Shown: piece by piece, positions 39,360 through 51,551 of the stretch | Layout: every line of letters begins with the position of its first letter | Position numbering within the stretch: the stretch's first letter is position 1 | Source: Phoronis australis | Taxonomy: Eukaryota > Animalia > Phoronida | Assembly (NCBI GenBank): GCA_002633005.1 | Contig: NMRA01000208.1 | Location: 103,504-167,503, forward strand | DNA length: 64,000 nt | Direction of reading: 5' to 3' | Notes under the pieces: generated by a model | Databases searched by the model: none | What the model was told of the DNA's origin: nothing | What the model saw: the letters and a program-made list of their open reading frames with translations, nothing else | Translations under genes and position numbers: made by a program

Positions 39360-39565
39360 AGGGAATTGATTTGTTGGTAGGACCAAAAGAAACCTGGAGA
39401 CTGGTTGGTAGGACCAAGAGAGTCCTGGAGATTGATTGATTGGTAGTGCCAGAGAGTCCTGGAGACTCACTGGTTGGTAGGGTCAGAGAGTCCTGGAGAT
39501 TGATTGGTTGGTAGGGTCAGAGAGACCTGGAGATTGGTTGGTAGGGCCAGAGTGTCTTGGAGACA
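39360..39565. repeat. Imperfect 30-38-bp minisatellite (ttggttggtagggtcagagagtcctggaga), about 6 units
   Basis: Direct inspection; it lies about 45 nt from the last spartin acceptor. Confidence 0.85.
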
Positions 39566-40096
39566 ACAAACACACAACAAAGCCAGGAGTAGGAATACTA
39601 GAGAATAGTGCTCAAAGTCAAACCATAGAAACTATTGTTACTTGCACCAGGTCTGCTTGACTGTCATTAACTAATTCCTAGATCCTCAGAGATATCTGGT
39701 TTCCTTTGATTGGATGATTTTGACTACAGCTAGTAGCAGGAAATCCAGTCATGTGGGACCTTGTTTGTCTGGTTGCATTGTCAACACTCTCATTCAATAC
39801 CAATGACTATTTGAAGCTGTCAACGCCTACCTTACTGAACAAAGCTTAAGGTTTAGATGTAGACAGCCACCTGCATCCCTTTGTAAAATCAGTATTTCTA
39901 TTGGCACAGGATCACCACCTTTTCATTGCTAAGCTCATTTGTCATATCATCTAAATGGTTGAATACGACGCATGAAATTCCTTCCCACCAGCAAATGTTT
40001 CTTAAGCAGTTGTTCAATCTCACCTACACAGAACTGATCAAATCGTTCCCCCCTCGTAATAAATACCATAAACTACATCACTAATGCAATCTTGCT

Positions 40097-40355
40097 TGTC
40101 TTTAAGGTACATCAAGAGTTGTCTTTAGGGTGCACCAAGAGTTGTCTTTAGGGTGCACCAAGAGTTGTCTTTAGGGTGCACCAAGAGTTGTCTTTAGGGT
40201 GCACCAAGAGTTGTCTTTAGGGTGCACCAAGAGTTGTCTTTAGGGTGCACCAAGAGTTGTCTTTAGGGTGCCCCAGGAGTTGTCTTACGGGTGCACCAAG
40301 AGGTGTCTTTAGGGTGCACCAAGAGTTGTCTTCAAGGTGCACCAAGAGTTGTCTC
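40097..40355. repeat. 23-bp minisatellite (tgtctttagggtgcaccaagagt), about 11 units
   Basis: Head-to-tail units with no spacers. Confidence 0.95.
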
Positions 40356-40669
40356 AACATTCTGCTTTATGTGACACTTGGATCCCAAAATGACCAAAGA
40401 TCAGTTGTAACTTTTCAGATGAACCTCCAATGAACGGGAAACAGACATTAGTCTTAGGATCTCACGGATGTTCTCCTGTTGCCTGGTTTCATTAGCCAGA
40501 CCATTTTGGGTAATCGCATTTAGAAAGAGTACGCCTTAAATGTAATTTCTGTTTCTCATCCTCGACGGAGTCTATATCAGAACATTTACAATGGATCTGT
40601 GGTCGGTTTGGTACGTATCAGAGTGGCTCATGAACCACTCGAATGTTGAGACAGCTCTTTTTAAAATAA

Positions 40670-40888
40670 TAATTGCAGGTGGTCTGGTACACGTGCCAGA
40701 CGTGCACAGGTGAACCTATTGCACCGATCAACTGGAACCATTTTTATTCTTTACTAAGATACAGTTAAAGCAAGTTGAGGAGGAAGCAACCTGACTCAAG
40801 GGTCTAGCAGAGTGCCTAAGTGGGACTCGAACCCACAACCTTTAGTAAAGGTAGTGGACACCTATCCCATTAGGCGACAATGCTTCCT
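40670..40888 (-). mobile_element. tRNA-derived SINE
   Basis: The minus strand shows an A-box-like TGTCGCCTAATGG and a B box GGTTCGAGTCCC (40822-40833), followed by a body CCCTTGAGTCAGG.. Homologous copies lie at 61963-62192 and 20481-20580. Confidence 0.8.
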
Positions 40889-41200
40889 CTGAGACAACTC
40901 TTGGTCCAACAAGAGAAAGGTCGCATTAGTGGTATAGTTTGTAGTATAGTTTGTGAGGGGAAAAGGCGTGATCAGATCTATGTGTACAATAATGAACAAC
41001 ACCTTAACAAAAGTATGTACCAACATAGAAGACCTGCTGGGGAAGGAAGTTCATCTGTGATCTACAAACATTTATATAAAAATGTGGAGATGTTGTGTAG
41101 AGAGAAGAAATTGATTCAACAGAGTGTTACAGGAGGCTGCCCTAAGACCTTCTGTCAATAAGCAAGGTGGCGCCACATTCAAATTGTTGTTGGCAATGAA
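40887..41200 (+). mobile_element. Penelope-like GIY-YIG endonuclease relic, antisense in a spartin intron
   Basis: LRQLLVQQEKGRISGIVCSIVCEG..IYVYNNEQHLNKSMYQHRRPAGEGSSSVIYKHL..VEMLCREKK.., then RPSVNKQGG in another frame. Confidence 0.8.
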
Positions 41201-41572
41201 AGAGAACGTAGTCAACATGGCCATACAAACAAAATCCCACATGACCAGAGTTCCCACCACTAGTAGTCAACATCATCGCATCAAAGAAGATGAGATGTCA
41301 CCGAGGATCTAGGTAAACACAATCTCAGAGACCAGATTCAAGTAAGAATAGAATGCATTTGCTGGATGGCTCAAGAAGTACATTTGCTACCATGGAAACT
41401 GTTAAAACATGAGTTAAATTATCCTCCTTATAACTTAGAGGTCATCTTGGGTCATCCAATACACTAATTGTTTGAATGTTGAAGTCAGGGCCTGGCATCA
41501 AATCTTTCTTCTAAAAATCAATATTTTCCAATCTAGTTTATTACAAACTACAGGTAAGCATCTATTATCCTG

Positions 41573-41820
41573 AGACCCATTCCAAGAAACTGGCATAAGT
41601 TCATTTTTTACTTAAGTCTAAGATTTGTCTAAATTCCAAACTTTGAAACTTCCACATGCAGTAAGTTATTCAAACTTAAGACAAAACTGAAGTCAAAAAA
41701 CTTAAGTCAAACTTAAGATCACTTTCTTGTAACGGACTCAAGACAAATTGAAGTTTTATCTTAAAATTGACTTAAATTTAAAATTTACCCTAGCTAAGTC
41801 AGTTTTCTAGGAAAAGGCCC
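41573..41820. mobile_element. 248-bp MITE, second copy of the 20057-20304 family
   Basis: agacccattccaagaaactgg...ctaagtcagttttctaggaaaaggccc. Flanks ctg/ccg are a decayed TSD, and the length equals that of the first copy. Confidence 0.85.
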
Positions 41821-42276
41821 CCGTGCTTTGGTGCATTATGGTTTATGGAGATGATATCCTAATCCTAGTTCACACTTGATGGCCCAGCACACGAGCTTTA
41901 TGTTTGAGTAAGAACTAGAAATCTAAAGTTTTCACTCGAATTCTCGAGATTGTAGTTTGTCTCATTAAGTGTAAACGTGTACTAGAAACTTGTTTGTAAT
42001 AATCATAATGTACTCAAGCAATAAATAATCGTCACTTCTCTTCATTTCCCACAAAAGCAGGACAGAGTTCAGTTTCCAATACAAAGAGTAGACCCCAGGC
42101 CTAGATCTGTGTCGTGACTTGTGTTAATCAAAACGTCATTTTCTATTACGTCAGTATTGACAAAACTAAAATGACTTCTCAGCTCTGATTTAAACGTCAT
42201 TTCAGGCATTGAATGGAGTGAACGTCGTGAACAACACAAGCTATCGTGTGATATCTGCACTAAGATACTCCCTTAC

Positions 42277-42367
42277 TTGTGATCAACAATTTGAACAGTT
42301 TCCTCCGCTAAACTTTTCAGTAATGATTTGGCAGCTTCCTCCAAGCCCAGGTAAACTGTACTGAAAC
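42277..42367 (-). CDS. SPG20: Spartin coding exon 5
   Basis: Acceptor tttgttgttttcag|GT, then (G)FSTVYLGLEEAAKSLLKSLAEETVQIVDH(K), then donor AA|GTAAGG. 91 nt, phase 1 to 2. Absent from the ORF track. Confidence 0.92.
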
Positions 42368-42745
42368 CTGAAAACAACAAAAAAATGAGAGATGACCTCG
42401 GATGAGCAGATGTTGCTCACAACGAAGTTATACAAGAAGCAAGACAAAAAATTATTTTTTGTTTATCAGATCAATAATTTTTTGAAACCCCTCTTCCTCA
42501 TTCACTGAGACTTTTTGTTACCAAGGACAAAACCTGAAACAACAGTGAATGTTTTCCACAGATCCAGTTGGAGACGAATCACTGGCACATCTAGCATATT
42601 TTAAGGGGACCAACTACATCTTTTTAAAGTTTTAAAGACAATGTCCATGTAAACCCTAAAAACACCACGTCGATGACATTGCCTGATACTTTTGGGTGCC
42701 ATCCATTGGGCGGCTATGTAAAGATGTGCATTAGTCAAATCTTAT

Positions 42746-43760
42746 AACAAGAGCAACCTAAAGCATTGAAATGCACAAATGGTATGATTCTAGTAATGTT
42801 TATTAGTATCAAAAATGACTGTTAGATGGCACAGAACATGTCGAGCCTCTTGGGAAAATGAGAAGGCGTAGTAGTTTCCCTGATAGAAAACTATTCGCCC
42901 AATTTTATGAAAATTCGTCAAGATTCTCAAGATACATAGGAGGCAAACGTGAAAAAATTAAACAGCCAATAGAGGCACAGTGGTAGTCGTATTTGTCTAC
43001 CTGTTGTTAAGTTAATAGAAATACCGTACACTTGACAAATTTCCAAAAGGAAATACAGCAGTAGATACAAAAATAACAATAGAGGGCACCACAGTAGTTG
43101 ACCCATTAGTCATCAGTAGTGCTCTTGCTCCCCAAATTTCATGGAAAGCCGTTGAAGCACTCTGAAGATATGGAGACAAACAAAAAAATAAAATTGCCAC
43201 TAGGGAGCACAACTGCAGGTCAAAGCTGTCCGAAAGTCATCAGTTGTTATAACATTCATAAAAACACTTGCTAAATTTCACAAGATTCCATAAGCGTAGG
43301 AGATGCAGTTGCAGTGGCAAAAAAACTCAAAACTGCTGCTAGAGGACTCTGCAGTAGTCAGTCTCATCTGAAAAACATCGTCAGCTGTGGACTTCTCAGC
43401 ATATACACATCTACCAGGTTTCATGAAGATCCTCCTTGAAGTTTGGCAGAGAAATAGGTGGATGTCAAAAACACTTGTAAATAAATAAAAATGGCCTCTG
43501 GGCAGTGCAGACTATGTCAAATCCATCCGAAAATGGAAAGGCTTGGTCTCCTTAATACAAAACTATTTGCCAAGTTTCATGAAAATTCGACAAGATACAG
43601 AGGCAAACGTAAACTACTAAAATTGCCGTTAGGGGGCACAGCGGTAATCAGTTTCATTAAAAAGTCGCTGTCATTCATCGTCATCTCCATAAGTACACAT
43701 CTCTTAATTCTCATGAAGATCCTTCAAGGTGAAGAAACAGCAGCAGACACTGGACACACA
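42746..43760. mobile_element. Helentron/HINE-like element with internal subrepeats of roughly 150-250 bp; related copy at about 50420-50870
   Basis: Starts aacaagagc. Recurrent caaatttcatgaa..at(t/c)c and aaattgcc(a/g)ctagggggcac motifs. The 50.4-50.9 kb copy ends in cagacggacagacagac. Confidence 0.45.
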
Positions 43761-44015
43761 GAGACGGCAGTAATATGCAACCACAGACATATGAAATATG
43801 ACACACAGAGATGGCAATAACATGAAATCACAGACATATGTAATATGACCCACAGAGATGACAGTAATATGCAACCACAGACATGTAATATGACACACAG
43901 AGATGACAGTAATATGCAACCACAGACATGTAATATGACACACAGAGATGACAGCAATATGCAACCAGACATATGTAATATGACACACAGAGATGACAGT
44001 AAAATGCAACCACAG
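43756..44015. repeat. Minisatellite of about 45 bp, about 6 units
   Basis: cacagagatgacagtaatatgcaaccacagacatgtaatatgaca repeated. Confidence 0.92.
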
Positions 44016-44421
44016 ATTAATATGAGGGCAGCTAAAAATATATTGGTGCATACGAATGGATAACACGTCCGCACTAAGGCTGGGGCGAATTTTGTGAGAT
44101 GAAGCAAGTCTCCACGAGATCGTGTCACGTATTTCAAGCACGTGGTCTCATTAGCTTTCTCTCATTAGCGACAGACATTTAATGAATGAGTTTCTAGTAA
44201 TTGAAAAACAATAAACATCAGTTCAGACCTTCTGACATTGCCCATTTACCTAATGCATACTTCAACTGATTCTTTGTAGCCGGTGGTAGTCCAATATATC
44301 TATTTGTAACTTTGTTCATATGAACAATCATTAATAGCAATAAACTAAGTGACATAATTCAATACAATTTATTCTATGGTAATCAACTTGGCATACATCC
44401 TACTGTATAATGCATGATCTA

Positions 44422-44692
44422 GAGTGCACAGCATTATGCAGCCGTGCTATGTAGATACATGACATGTAATGAAACTGAGTGCACAGCCTTACACAGCCAT
44501 GCTATGTAGATACATGACAAGTAATGAAACTGAGTGCACAGCCTTACACAGCCATGCTATGTAGATACATGACAAGTAATGAAACTGAGTGCACAGTCTT
44601 ACACAGCCATGCTAGGTAGATACATGACATGTAATGAAACTGAGTGCACAGCCTTACACAGCCATGCTAGGTAGATACTTGACATATAATGA
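44422..44692. repeat. 55-bp minisatellite, about 5 units
   Basis: gagtgcacagccttacacagccatgctatgtagatacatgacaagtaatgaaact repeated. Confidence 0.93.
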
Positions 44693-46296
44693 AGATGGTC
44701 TAGGTATTGGTTAAAACTAAACTTTGTCTAATGCTCAGAACATCAGCCAAGCATAAATCGACATGACAAACACTTGAAATGAAAAAATTTTAATGGTGTC
44801 ACAAATTCAACTGTTCAACTGAAGGATATCTCAAGTTTTCGAAAACAGCTTGGTGGAATTCGCTGAAATTTTCCGAACTTAATATTTATTCATCAATCTT
44901 AAAAATACTGTTAGGATTTTTGACAGAAAGGCTTAGTTTTTGCGCAGTGTAACAAAGACAAATACAACTGCTATTTTTTACAAAAAATACCTTACGTTTT
45001 GCGAGTTGATTTGTCATAGAAACCAAACGAAAAGACTATTAGTAATAGAAAATTCTTAACAGCATTTTTGAAGTAACTGGTGAAGTTTTCATTTCAAAGA
45101 GTTTCATTAAAATTGACTGAGGGGTTATTTTGCTATAAATGTACCTTTTCGAAAAATGAAAATTTGACTTAAAAAAGTGTTGACGAAATAATAATAAATA
45201 CAAAACATATTTGCATAATACCTGATCTTTTTTCTTTCAGAAAATATATACTTTTCCTAGCTGACATATCCTGGTTTTTGTGATTTACAAGTTAGAATGG
45301 AGGCCACTAAATAAGGTTTGAGATAACGTAATAAGATATTGCTAAATGTGCATATCCATCCTAAAAGAATAGCAAACAAATGTAAAATAATTACATCACT
45401 TTTTGGTCATAGTAAGATTAAAAAAAGGACAATCGCCACACAAATAAAAAAGTTCATGTTCATTGAATATTTCGTCTATTCATAAAACATAATGAGGATA
45501 ATATAATATACAATAAGACATCAAGTGTCGAATACCAGTCAAGTCACATCCATGTCGTGAAATGAGAGTAGAAAGAGATACAGGGAATAGTAAGCACGTC
45601 ATCACCATAGATGCAGGGTCACTGAGCTCTGCATGTCATTCAGAGAATCAGAATCTTTTTTATTTGTGCGGCGATTGTCCGTTTTTTAAAACGTAATATG
45701 AAATAATATATTGTGATATGATTACTGATACTTTTGTCGTCTGATTGGCTAACACACGGTACAGTGAGGTCTGTAATGAGGTGATGTACCCCAGCCAGCA
45801 GTTAAATATTACTTTTCAAGCCTCCCGTACGACAGCTGCTACTATATGTCAATATTATGTCCAATTACAGGCTGCAGAATCCAAGTTAACCATCAGACGA
45901 TGACAGAACATCAAATTACGAAAATGTATGCCAATCCAGCAGATAAAATCAGAGAAATGAAGCATGCATGGTCCTCTATTATACACAAGATTTACCCTCG
46001 GGCAACATTGCATTCACAGTCTATACAACCTGCCACTACCCTCAGGGTCAGTCCATATAAATATAATGAAAAGATATCTTACATGTATGGGTATCAATGG
46101 CAATCATGTAGTTTTATATGAAAATCGGGAAACAAGAGGAAAAGTTGTGAAAAGCAAGTGCATTACATGAACATTGACGTCATTAGACAGAGCCACTACA
46201 GAAGTATCATTGTTTCAAAATGTTACTTCAGATATAAAGACTGTAGAAGCACACGACTGAATAGTGGCCGACAGATCAGTCCACTTTCACCCTTAC

Positions 46297-46461
46297 CTTT
46301 CAGACCCCCTGCTGCTACCTCAACCACATTGTCCAGTTTTGACCGTCCATCTACTTCATCTTTGTCAGTCACACTCTTTGGTAAATACGTCTTGCACGTT
46401 GACTTGATGTGGGGCGCCACCTGGCGTCCAATAGCAACAGTGGCCTGACCCAGTGCACTGA
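46297..46461 (-). CDS. SPG20: Spartin coding exon 4
   Basis: Acceptor gcattgcag|TC, then (V)SALGQATVAIGRQVAPHIKSTCKTYLPKSVTDKDEVDGRSKLDNVVEVAAGGLK, then donor AAG|GTAAGG. 165 nt, phase 1-1. Confidence 0.92.
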
Positions 46462-47665
46462 CTGCAATGCATCAATGTGAACCAGTATGACTAATCTTGT
46501 TTTATTCTTACAAACATGTAAAGTCGACCATTGTTATAATGCAATCCTGAATGACTTGTCTGCTTTTATTCATAAAACACGGAGTCAACCCTCGTTACTA
46601 TGTGATCCAAGAACCCAGTTTAGAACATTAACAGCAATGTACCATACAAACTTATATGTCTCAATTTTGGAAAAGCATATAACATCCAGAATGTTCCACC
46701 TCTAGAGACTCATTTTTTTCATAAACTGCAGTGGAAGACCTTACAAGCTAGTCTGAAGAGCGTGTGCATATCGCACACATCACTGCATTACCATTTGACT
46801 TGTGTATATACAGAAGCAAAGTCAGTTTTATTTGATGTCTGAAGAAGCCTCAATGGAACACTACATGGGGGTAACTTAAACAAATTAGTCTGCATTAAAA
46901 AGTAGATATTGCATGAAAGTACCAAGCAGCAGCCGCAAAGGAAACTGAACGCAGAGTATTATTTATTTCTGCTAATTTTGTTTTCAATTGGCAACAACGG
47001 CCCTCTTAGGGGCCAACAAAATGACCAAAAGTGGCTGTACTCAATATTTACATGTAAATTATCCCATCTAGGTAAGATAACTGATTCAGGGGATGGAATT
47101 TTGCAAAGAATTCTGCTACTGAAATTTTCCGCACTTATCTCAAGTTTCCACGAAAAACTTTCAATGCCAAGAGAAGCGACAATAGAGCAGGTCAACACAG
47201 CAAACGGTTAGTACTGGTAGCATGCTCAGTCAGCAGTTTCTTCAAAAATACTACGTCAAAGCCATGTCAGAAAAAGAAACAAATCGTTCAGATTCAAATG
47301 ACCTAAAAAGTCTACGCTGGTTACCAAGAACTATCACCATGACTACAACATGTCCCTTAATGTATGCATGCATTAATTTTGTAATTAAACATTCTTGCCA
47401 AACACTGAAACCTCTAATAGTGGCAAAGTACACCACTGCTTACAAATAAAATTATGACCTTGACCTCTTTCCAATCATTGCCAGAATAATCACAGAAATA
47501 AATTAACAAAGATGTTTAAGCTGCATTAGGTCCTGTTTAGCTGACTAAACACTTAAATCCAATTAAGCTCTTCACTTTCATTTCCATGACCAATAAAAAC
47601 AAAGTCATCAATAAATCAAGAAAGTGCATGTCTTGTGACTTAAATTGGTGACTGCAATACAATCC

Positions 47666-47848
47666 AATCACAGTGTGCAATATCACAGTATGCAATATCA
47701 CAGTATGCAATATCACAGTATGCAATATCACAGTACGCAATATCACAGTACGCAATATCACAGTACGCAATATCACGGTACGCAATATAACGGTATGCAA
47801 TATCACGGTACGCAATATAACGGTATGCAATATCACGGTATGCAATAT
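47666..47848. repeat. 15-bp minisatellite (caatatcacagtatg), about 12 units
   Basis: Direct inspection. Confidence 0.95.
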
Positions 47849-47906
47849 TAGAAGACTAATTTTTGAGAGTAAAAGGCCTACTCAATTATCATTTAAAGCC
47901 AGGGTA

Positions 47907-48382
47907 AGGGCCTTTCATACTAACGTCAAAGCGTCGATGGTTTGGGGAGTTGCGGTCAGTATGAACGCTTCACTCCAGTCATGGATCGAAGTTAACAGCT
48001 CCAGTTAACATCGCAGTTAATACGTGGATTTAACAGCGCAGCATCGACGCTGCACTGCAGTATGAACAGTTAACTTCGGTCCTATCGAAAATATCACTAG
48101 GTGTAAATGTTATCGTCAACAATTACAGGATAGTGCCGTCATTAATACATGCTCTAATAATAATGAATCGTCAATTAGCACATGTAAATGTTCCCCCAAA
48201 TTGTCACATTGAAAAAATCTTCGTGTGCAGCGCTACCTTGCGATAACTTCGATGACGACAGCGTCACAGACCGGTTACTTCGATGTTCATTAACTACCAA
48301 AGCCAGACGAACAGATCAGTTAACTTTGCTGTTTACGTCGACGCTCCGCTCAGACTGGAGTTAAGTCATTGTGAAAGGGCCT
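47907..48382. mobile_element. MITE-like element (Harbinger-like termini)
   Basis: agggcctttcatac at the left end and gtgaaagggcct at the right end, in TAA/TTA contexts. Internal gttaac / taacttcg subrepeats. Confidence 0.5.
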
Positions 48383-49054
48383 TTAAAGTACAACTGATGG
48401 ACAAATACTGAGGTCAAATATACTCCACTTATTTTTGACTTACAGTATTTGCTGGGAAATGATAATTGTGTGAAAATACAAAAACTGGTGCATTTTAAGG
48501 TACACAAGTAATTAATCTGAGGCTTGTTAATTATGTTCTTGCATGTAGGGTCAGAACCAGTGATAAAGAACACAATGCATTGATCAAGAGAATGCCATGT
48601 GCTTGTGATTGTGGGGAGTGAACGTGGTTTATATCATGGTTCAGGCACGTAAAGTTGTCTATTTCATAAATACACAAAATAATTTTTTCAAGTTTCACGA
48701 TCAGCTCATTCTTCCCATGGTCGCCATATTCTTCACTCCAGGCACCGCCAATTTTGTGTCCAATCACCACCAATGCCCGCACTCGATATTCATCTCCCCC
48801 CACCAGTCGCCCCAATCCATTCAAGTCATGGATTCGGTCTTTCCAATTTTCTTTCATATTCTCGATTCGTACCATTTCCACACTTCACGATAGTCAAAGT
48901 CATTTAAACTACCACTGCTACTCAACACAATCCAAATACTGACCCGTCTTTTCAGGGAAAGTATTATCATAGCCATTTTGTACAGTGGAATTACCAAGTT
49001 AAAGTTGTTTTTGTATGGAAACACTTTGAGATGTTATGGTCAACTTGCTTCTCT

Positions 49055-49405
49055 AAAGCCGCATTTACATGACATCACATCGCAAACTGGATCAGCAAGA
49101 GTCATTTACACAAAGACTGTCTGCGTATGCTCACATAAACAATAGCAAATGTCCAATCCACATGGAATGCCAGCGGATCACCCGTACATACGCTATTGCG
49201 TAACTGTAACACAGTGTAATCCCTTCTGCCTTGCTGCAGTTTGTGTTTAGACGTGTCGTTGACACTAGAACACCTGATCGAGTGCAACTTGCTCTACCTC
49301 TCAAGATGCTGTCAACAATGGCCGCTCTGGTGTCAACTTGCATCCGTTTGGCTGTTGCGTGTTAGTTGCTCTGTGACAACTGTCTTCCATGTAAATGCAA
49401 GCTTT
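49055..49405. mobile_element. MITE-like element
   Basis: Inverted termini aaagccgcatttacatg ... catgtaaatgcaagcttt. Confidence 0.55.
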
Positions 49406-49812
49406 TGTAAGGTTGGATTGATACAGAATGTTGTGCTTTAAAAATTGTTTCACAATAGTCATGTTTGCATGGAAGGTATTAGCAAGTGAGATAAGAAGTA
49501 CCATCACAAGAGCTTTTATGGAGGTAATGACGACAGGTGTGAACCATGACTCATCCGATGACACTGAATAAAAAACCCCAGGTGTTCTGTTTCCCCAGCA
49601 AAACTGATGACACAGAGACTTCGACATTTTCCTGTGACCTTTAAAAAGTTTAGCAACAACATGCGGCCATGTCTCATCAGCGTGAATTTTTATTTTTAAG
49701 CAAGATCACAGAATATTAAATCTAATTGTCCTGGAGTCTACTGGACAATTTTCATTAAAGACAATTTCTATGACAAGTCGTCAAATAGTTTCGACACTTC
49801 CTAGTAGACAAT

Positions 49813-50013
49813 GTGATTTCTCACCTAAATATGAGCTGTGACTTCTCACCTAAATATGAGCTGTGACTTCTCACCTAAATATGAGCTGTGACTTCTCACC
49901 TAAATATGAGCTGTGACTTCTCACCTAAATATGAGCTGTGATTTCTCACCTAAATATGAGCTGTGATTTCTCACCTATATATGAGCTGCAATTTCTCACC
50001 TATAAATGAGCTG
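49813..50013 (-). repeat. 25-bp tandem array x8 that contains the spartin exon-3 splice donor
   Basis: tcacct recurs at 49821, 49846, 49871, 49896, 49921, 49946, 49971 and 49996. On the gene strand each unit reads AGCTCATATTTAG|GTGAGAA(G/A)TCAC. Confidence 0.95.
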
Positions 50014-50194
50014 ACTTTCACAGCACAGTGAGTGGCGTATCTAACCTTGCGGATTCCCTCTTTGTATTGATCACTGCACAAAAACTCTTTCTGCTCAGGA
50101 GTCATTCTCTCACGCAGTTTAGTAGACCCCTTCTGTATGATGGTGCGTGACAACTGAGCACCCTTATGAAGGCCGTAGGAAATCTTCTCAGCAC
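50000..50194 (-). CDS. SPG20: Spartin coding exon 3 (start of senescence domain)
   Basis: Acceptor tgcaattccag|GT, then (G)AEKISYGLHKGAQLSRTIIQKGSTKLRERMTPEQK..ATHCAVKVSSFI, then donor ATAG|GTGAGA. 195 nt, phase 1-1. Confidence 0.92.
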
Positions 50195-50827
50195 CTGGAA
50201 TTGCAATCATATAATAAAATCTTGGTAACCACGACATATCGGTCAATTTAGAACGTTCAGGCCTGTATCTTTACATCTAATCTAAACATTAACCTACATT
50301 TTTAATAAGCATTTGTTAGTTTTACGGGCACATTATTGATTCACTTAAAGTCATTCTGTAATACACACTTATGGTATATTGTAATACACACTGTCAAGGA
50401 ACTCCAAAGATATAGATGGAAACAGCTGTAGTCGGATCTGTCCAAAACTTGTCATCCATCGCCACCTTCACAGAAATACACTTGTCAAACTTAACAAAGC
50501 TGCTGACGCAAACACCATGCCACAAGAGGGTGTCACAATAGTGGAGGCATCCGAAAATAATCACCAGTCATAATCTTTGCAGTAAAAACAAATATGTCAA
50601 TTTTTCTAATCACCGAAAACAGTAAAAATGACCAAAAAACGTCAAATTCATCTGAAATCCAGAAGGAGGTGTCATCTCCTTATAGATAACTATTTGCCAA
50701 CTTTATGAAAATCCATTAAGGAAGTACGAAGATACAGGGGCAAAACGTAAAAAAAAAACTAAAATTGCTACTAGAGGGCACACCAGAAGTCAGGTACGTC
50801 CAACAATTTGTTGGAGTCATCCTGCCG

Positions 50828-50955
50828 GACACCAGACGGACAGACAGACTGGGATGACGGTATACTAATTGTTAAGTGGACTTGTGATGTGTATCGTGAC
50901 ACCAGACGGACAGACAGACTGGAATGACGGTATACAAATTGTGATGTGTATCATG
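50828..50955. repeat. Tandem duplication of about 70 bp (gacaccagacggacagacagactgg..)
   Basis: Two adjacent copies at about 50828 and about 50898. Confidence 0.8.
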
Positions 50956-51335
50956 ACCCAAAGGACAGTTAATAACCGAAGCTATAGACCAGAAAAGAAA
51001 TATGTCATCTAACGATGACGTCACCCAAAGCCATTGTGTTTTGGAGTCTAAAGATTATATTATTTTGTTGGCCTCCCTATATTGTAAATTATATTTGTTA
51101 TTATTATTTATAGATATTTATTGTATAACTATACTCTGGCTATCTTGTCTCTCACTCATAGTGTCGTCTCTTGCAATGTCAGTAGAGATAACCTGTAGCC
51201 GCCTAATGAAAAATCAGAAATGTAGTGCTAAGGCAATCAACTTGTTTAGTTGGCAGCACTTCTCTAGCACAAATATCATATCGGTTTAATCTTGTAAATA
51301 CATGTTTTCCAAACCTGTCAACATGTATATCTTAC

Positions 51336-51551
51336 CTGACACCAAGCCTTTGGCGATTGTTGTACTCATGTGCGCATGATTGCTGGTTGGTCCTGTGTGC
51401 TCCGATACCTCATCCGGAGCGTTGGCCTCTTGAGGCAAGCTTACGTCCTCAGTCTGGATTTGCAGTTCAGTTAACGAGTTCAACAGGTTTTCAAATTTTT
51501 TCCTTTGGCTGGAGTCAAGATCTGAGGGAAGGAGGAGACCCACAGCTGACC
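51336..51551 (-). CDS. SPG20: Spartin coding exon 2
   Basis: Acceptor tttaacttcag|GG, then (G)SAVGLLLPSDLDSSQRKKFENLLNSLTEL..STTIAKGLVS, then donor TCAG|GTAAGA. 216 nt, phase 1-1. Confidence 0.9.

Noticed and set aside
43704-47851. Repetitive ORFs (MTHRDDSNMQP.., HTVIL.., CNITV.., QYHSM..) and the HT-repeat ORF at 13450-13776
   Set aside because: These are translations of intronic minisatellites and microsatellites whose units lack stops.
48531-48893. Overlapping 116-aa and 94-aa ORFs in a spartin intron
   Set aside because: No domain motifs or splice support, and the spartin frame is complete without them.
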